IMG/VR virus record: IMGVR_UViG_3300047476_000521 | Span: 72,103-136,102 of that record | Source of the DNA: a virus | Direction: 5' to 3' (one strand) | Length of the DNA stretch: 64,000 nt | Shown: piece by piece, positions 63,999 to 64,000 of the stretch | Numbering within the stretch: position 1 is the stretch's first letter | How the letters are laid out: every line of letters begins with the position of its first letter | Notes under the pieces: generated by a model | What the model was told of the DNA's origin: nothing | The model's input: the letters and a program-made list of their open reading frames with translations, nothing else | Database searches by the model: none | Translations under genes and position numbers: made by a program

Positions 63999-64000
63999 CT

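Overview
64-kb segment of a large T4-like (myovirus) phage genome. The host is most likely an alphaproteobacterium: tRNA-His lacks G-1 and has A73, tRNA-Ile2 is alphaproteobacterial-type, and class II RNR and ThyX are present. The + strand (1-40.2 kb) carries tail fibre/adhesin genes, the gp13-gp23 neck/terminase/tail/head module, gp3, uvsY/uvsW, gp55, gp47/46, a peptide deformylase, a TET/JBP-type dioxygenase plus glycosyltransferase locus, gp45/44/62 and regA. These are followed by a 6.3-kb array of 27 tRNA genes covering all 20 amino acids, several non-canonical, interleaved with about 10 unexplained, highly structured non-coding segments and two homing endonucleases. The - strand (40.2-64 kb) carries an exonuclease, PhoH, RNase H and an apparently complete NDP-heptose biosynthesis and transfer operon (transaldolase, GmhA, HddA-type kinase, GmhB, nucleotidyltransferase, glycosyltransferase, O-methyltransferase). 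It also carries SpeD, a probably capsid-packaged nucleotidyltransferase, ClpP-like and ClpX-zinc-finger proteins, cell-wall enzymes, tRNA-Ile2, NrdJ, ThyX and the 3' part of the primase. Top candidates for novel biology: (1) a TET/JBP + glycosyltransferase + heptose pathway that may heptosylate DNA or virion proteins; (2) the tRNA-array ncRNAs, including a CCA-ended Cys-like acceptor mimic, an isolated tRNA-Gln anticodon-arm mimic and an RNA closed by a 24-bp inverted repeat that may be bistable; (3) a covarying 5'-leader RNA motif shared by two unrelated homing endonuclease genes. All calls were made by eye from motifs and gene order; no database searches or folding programs were run.
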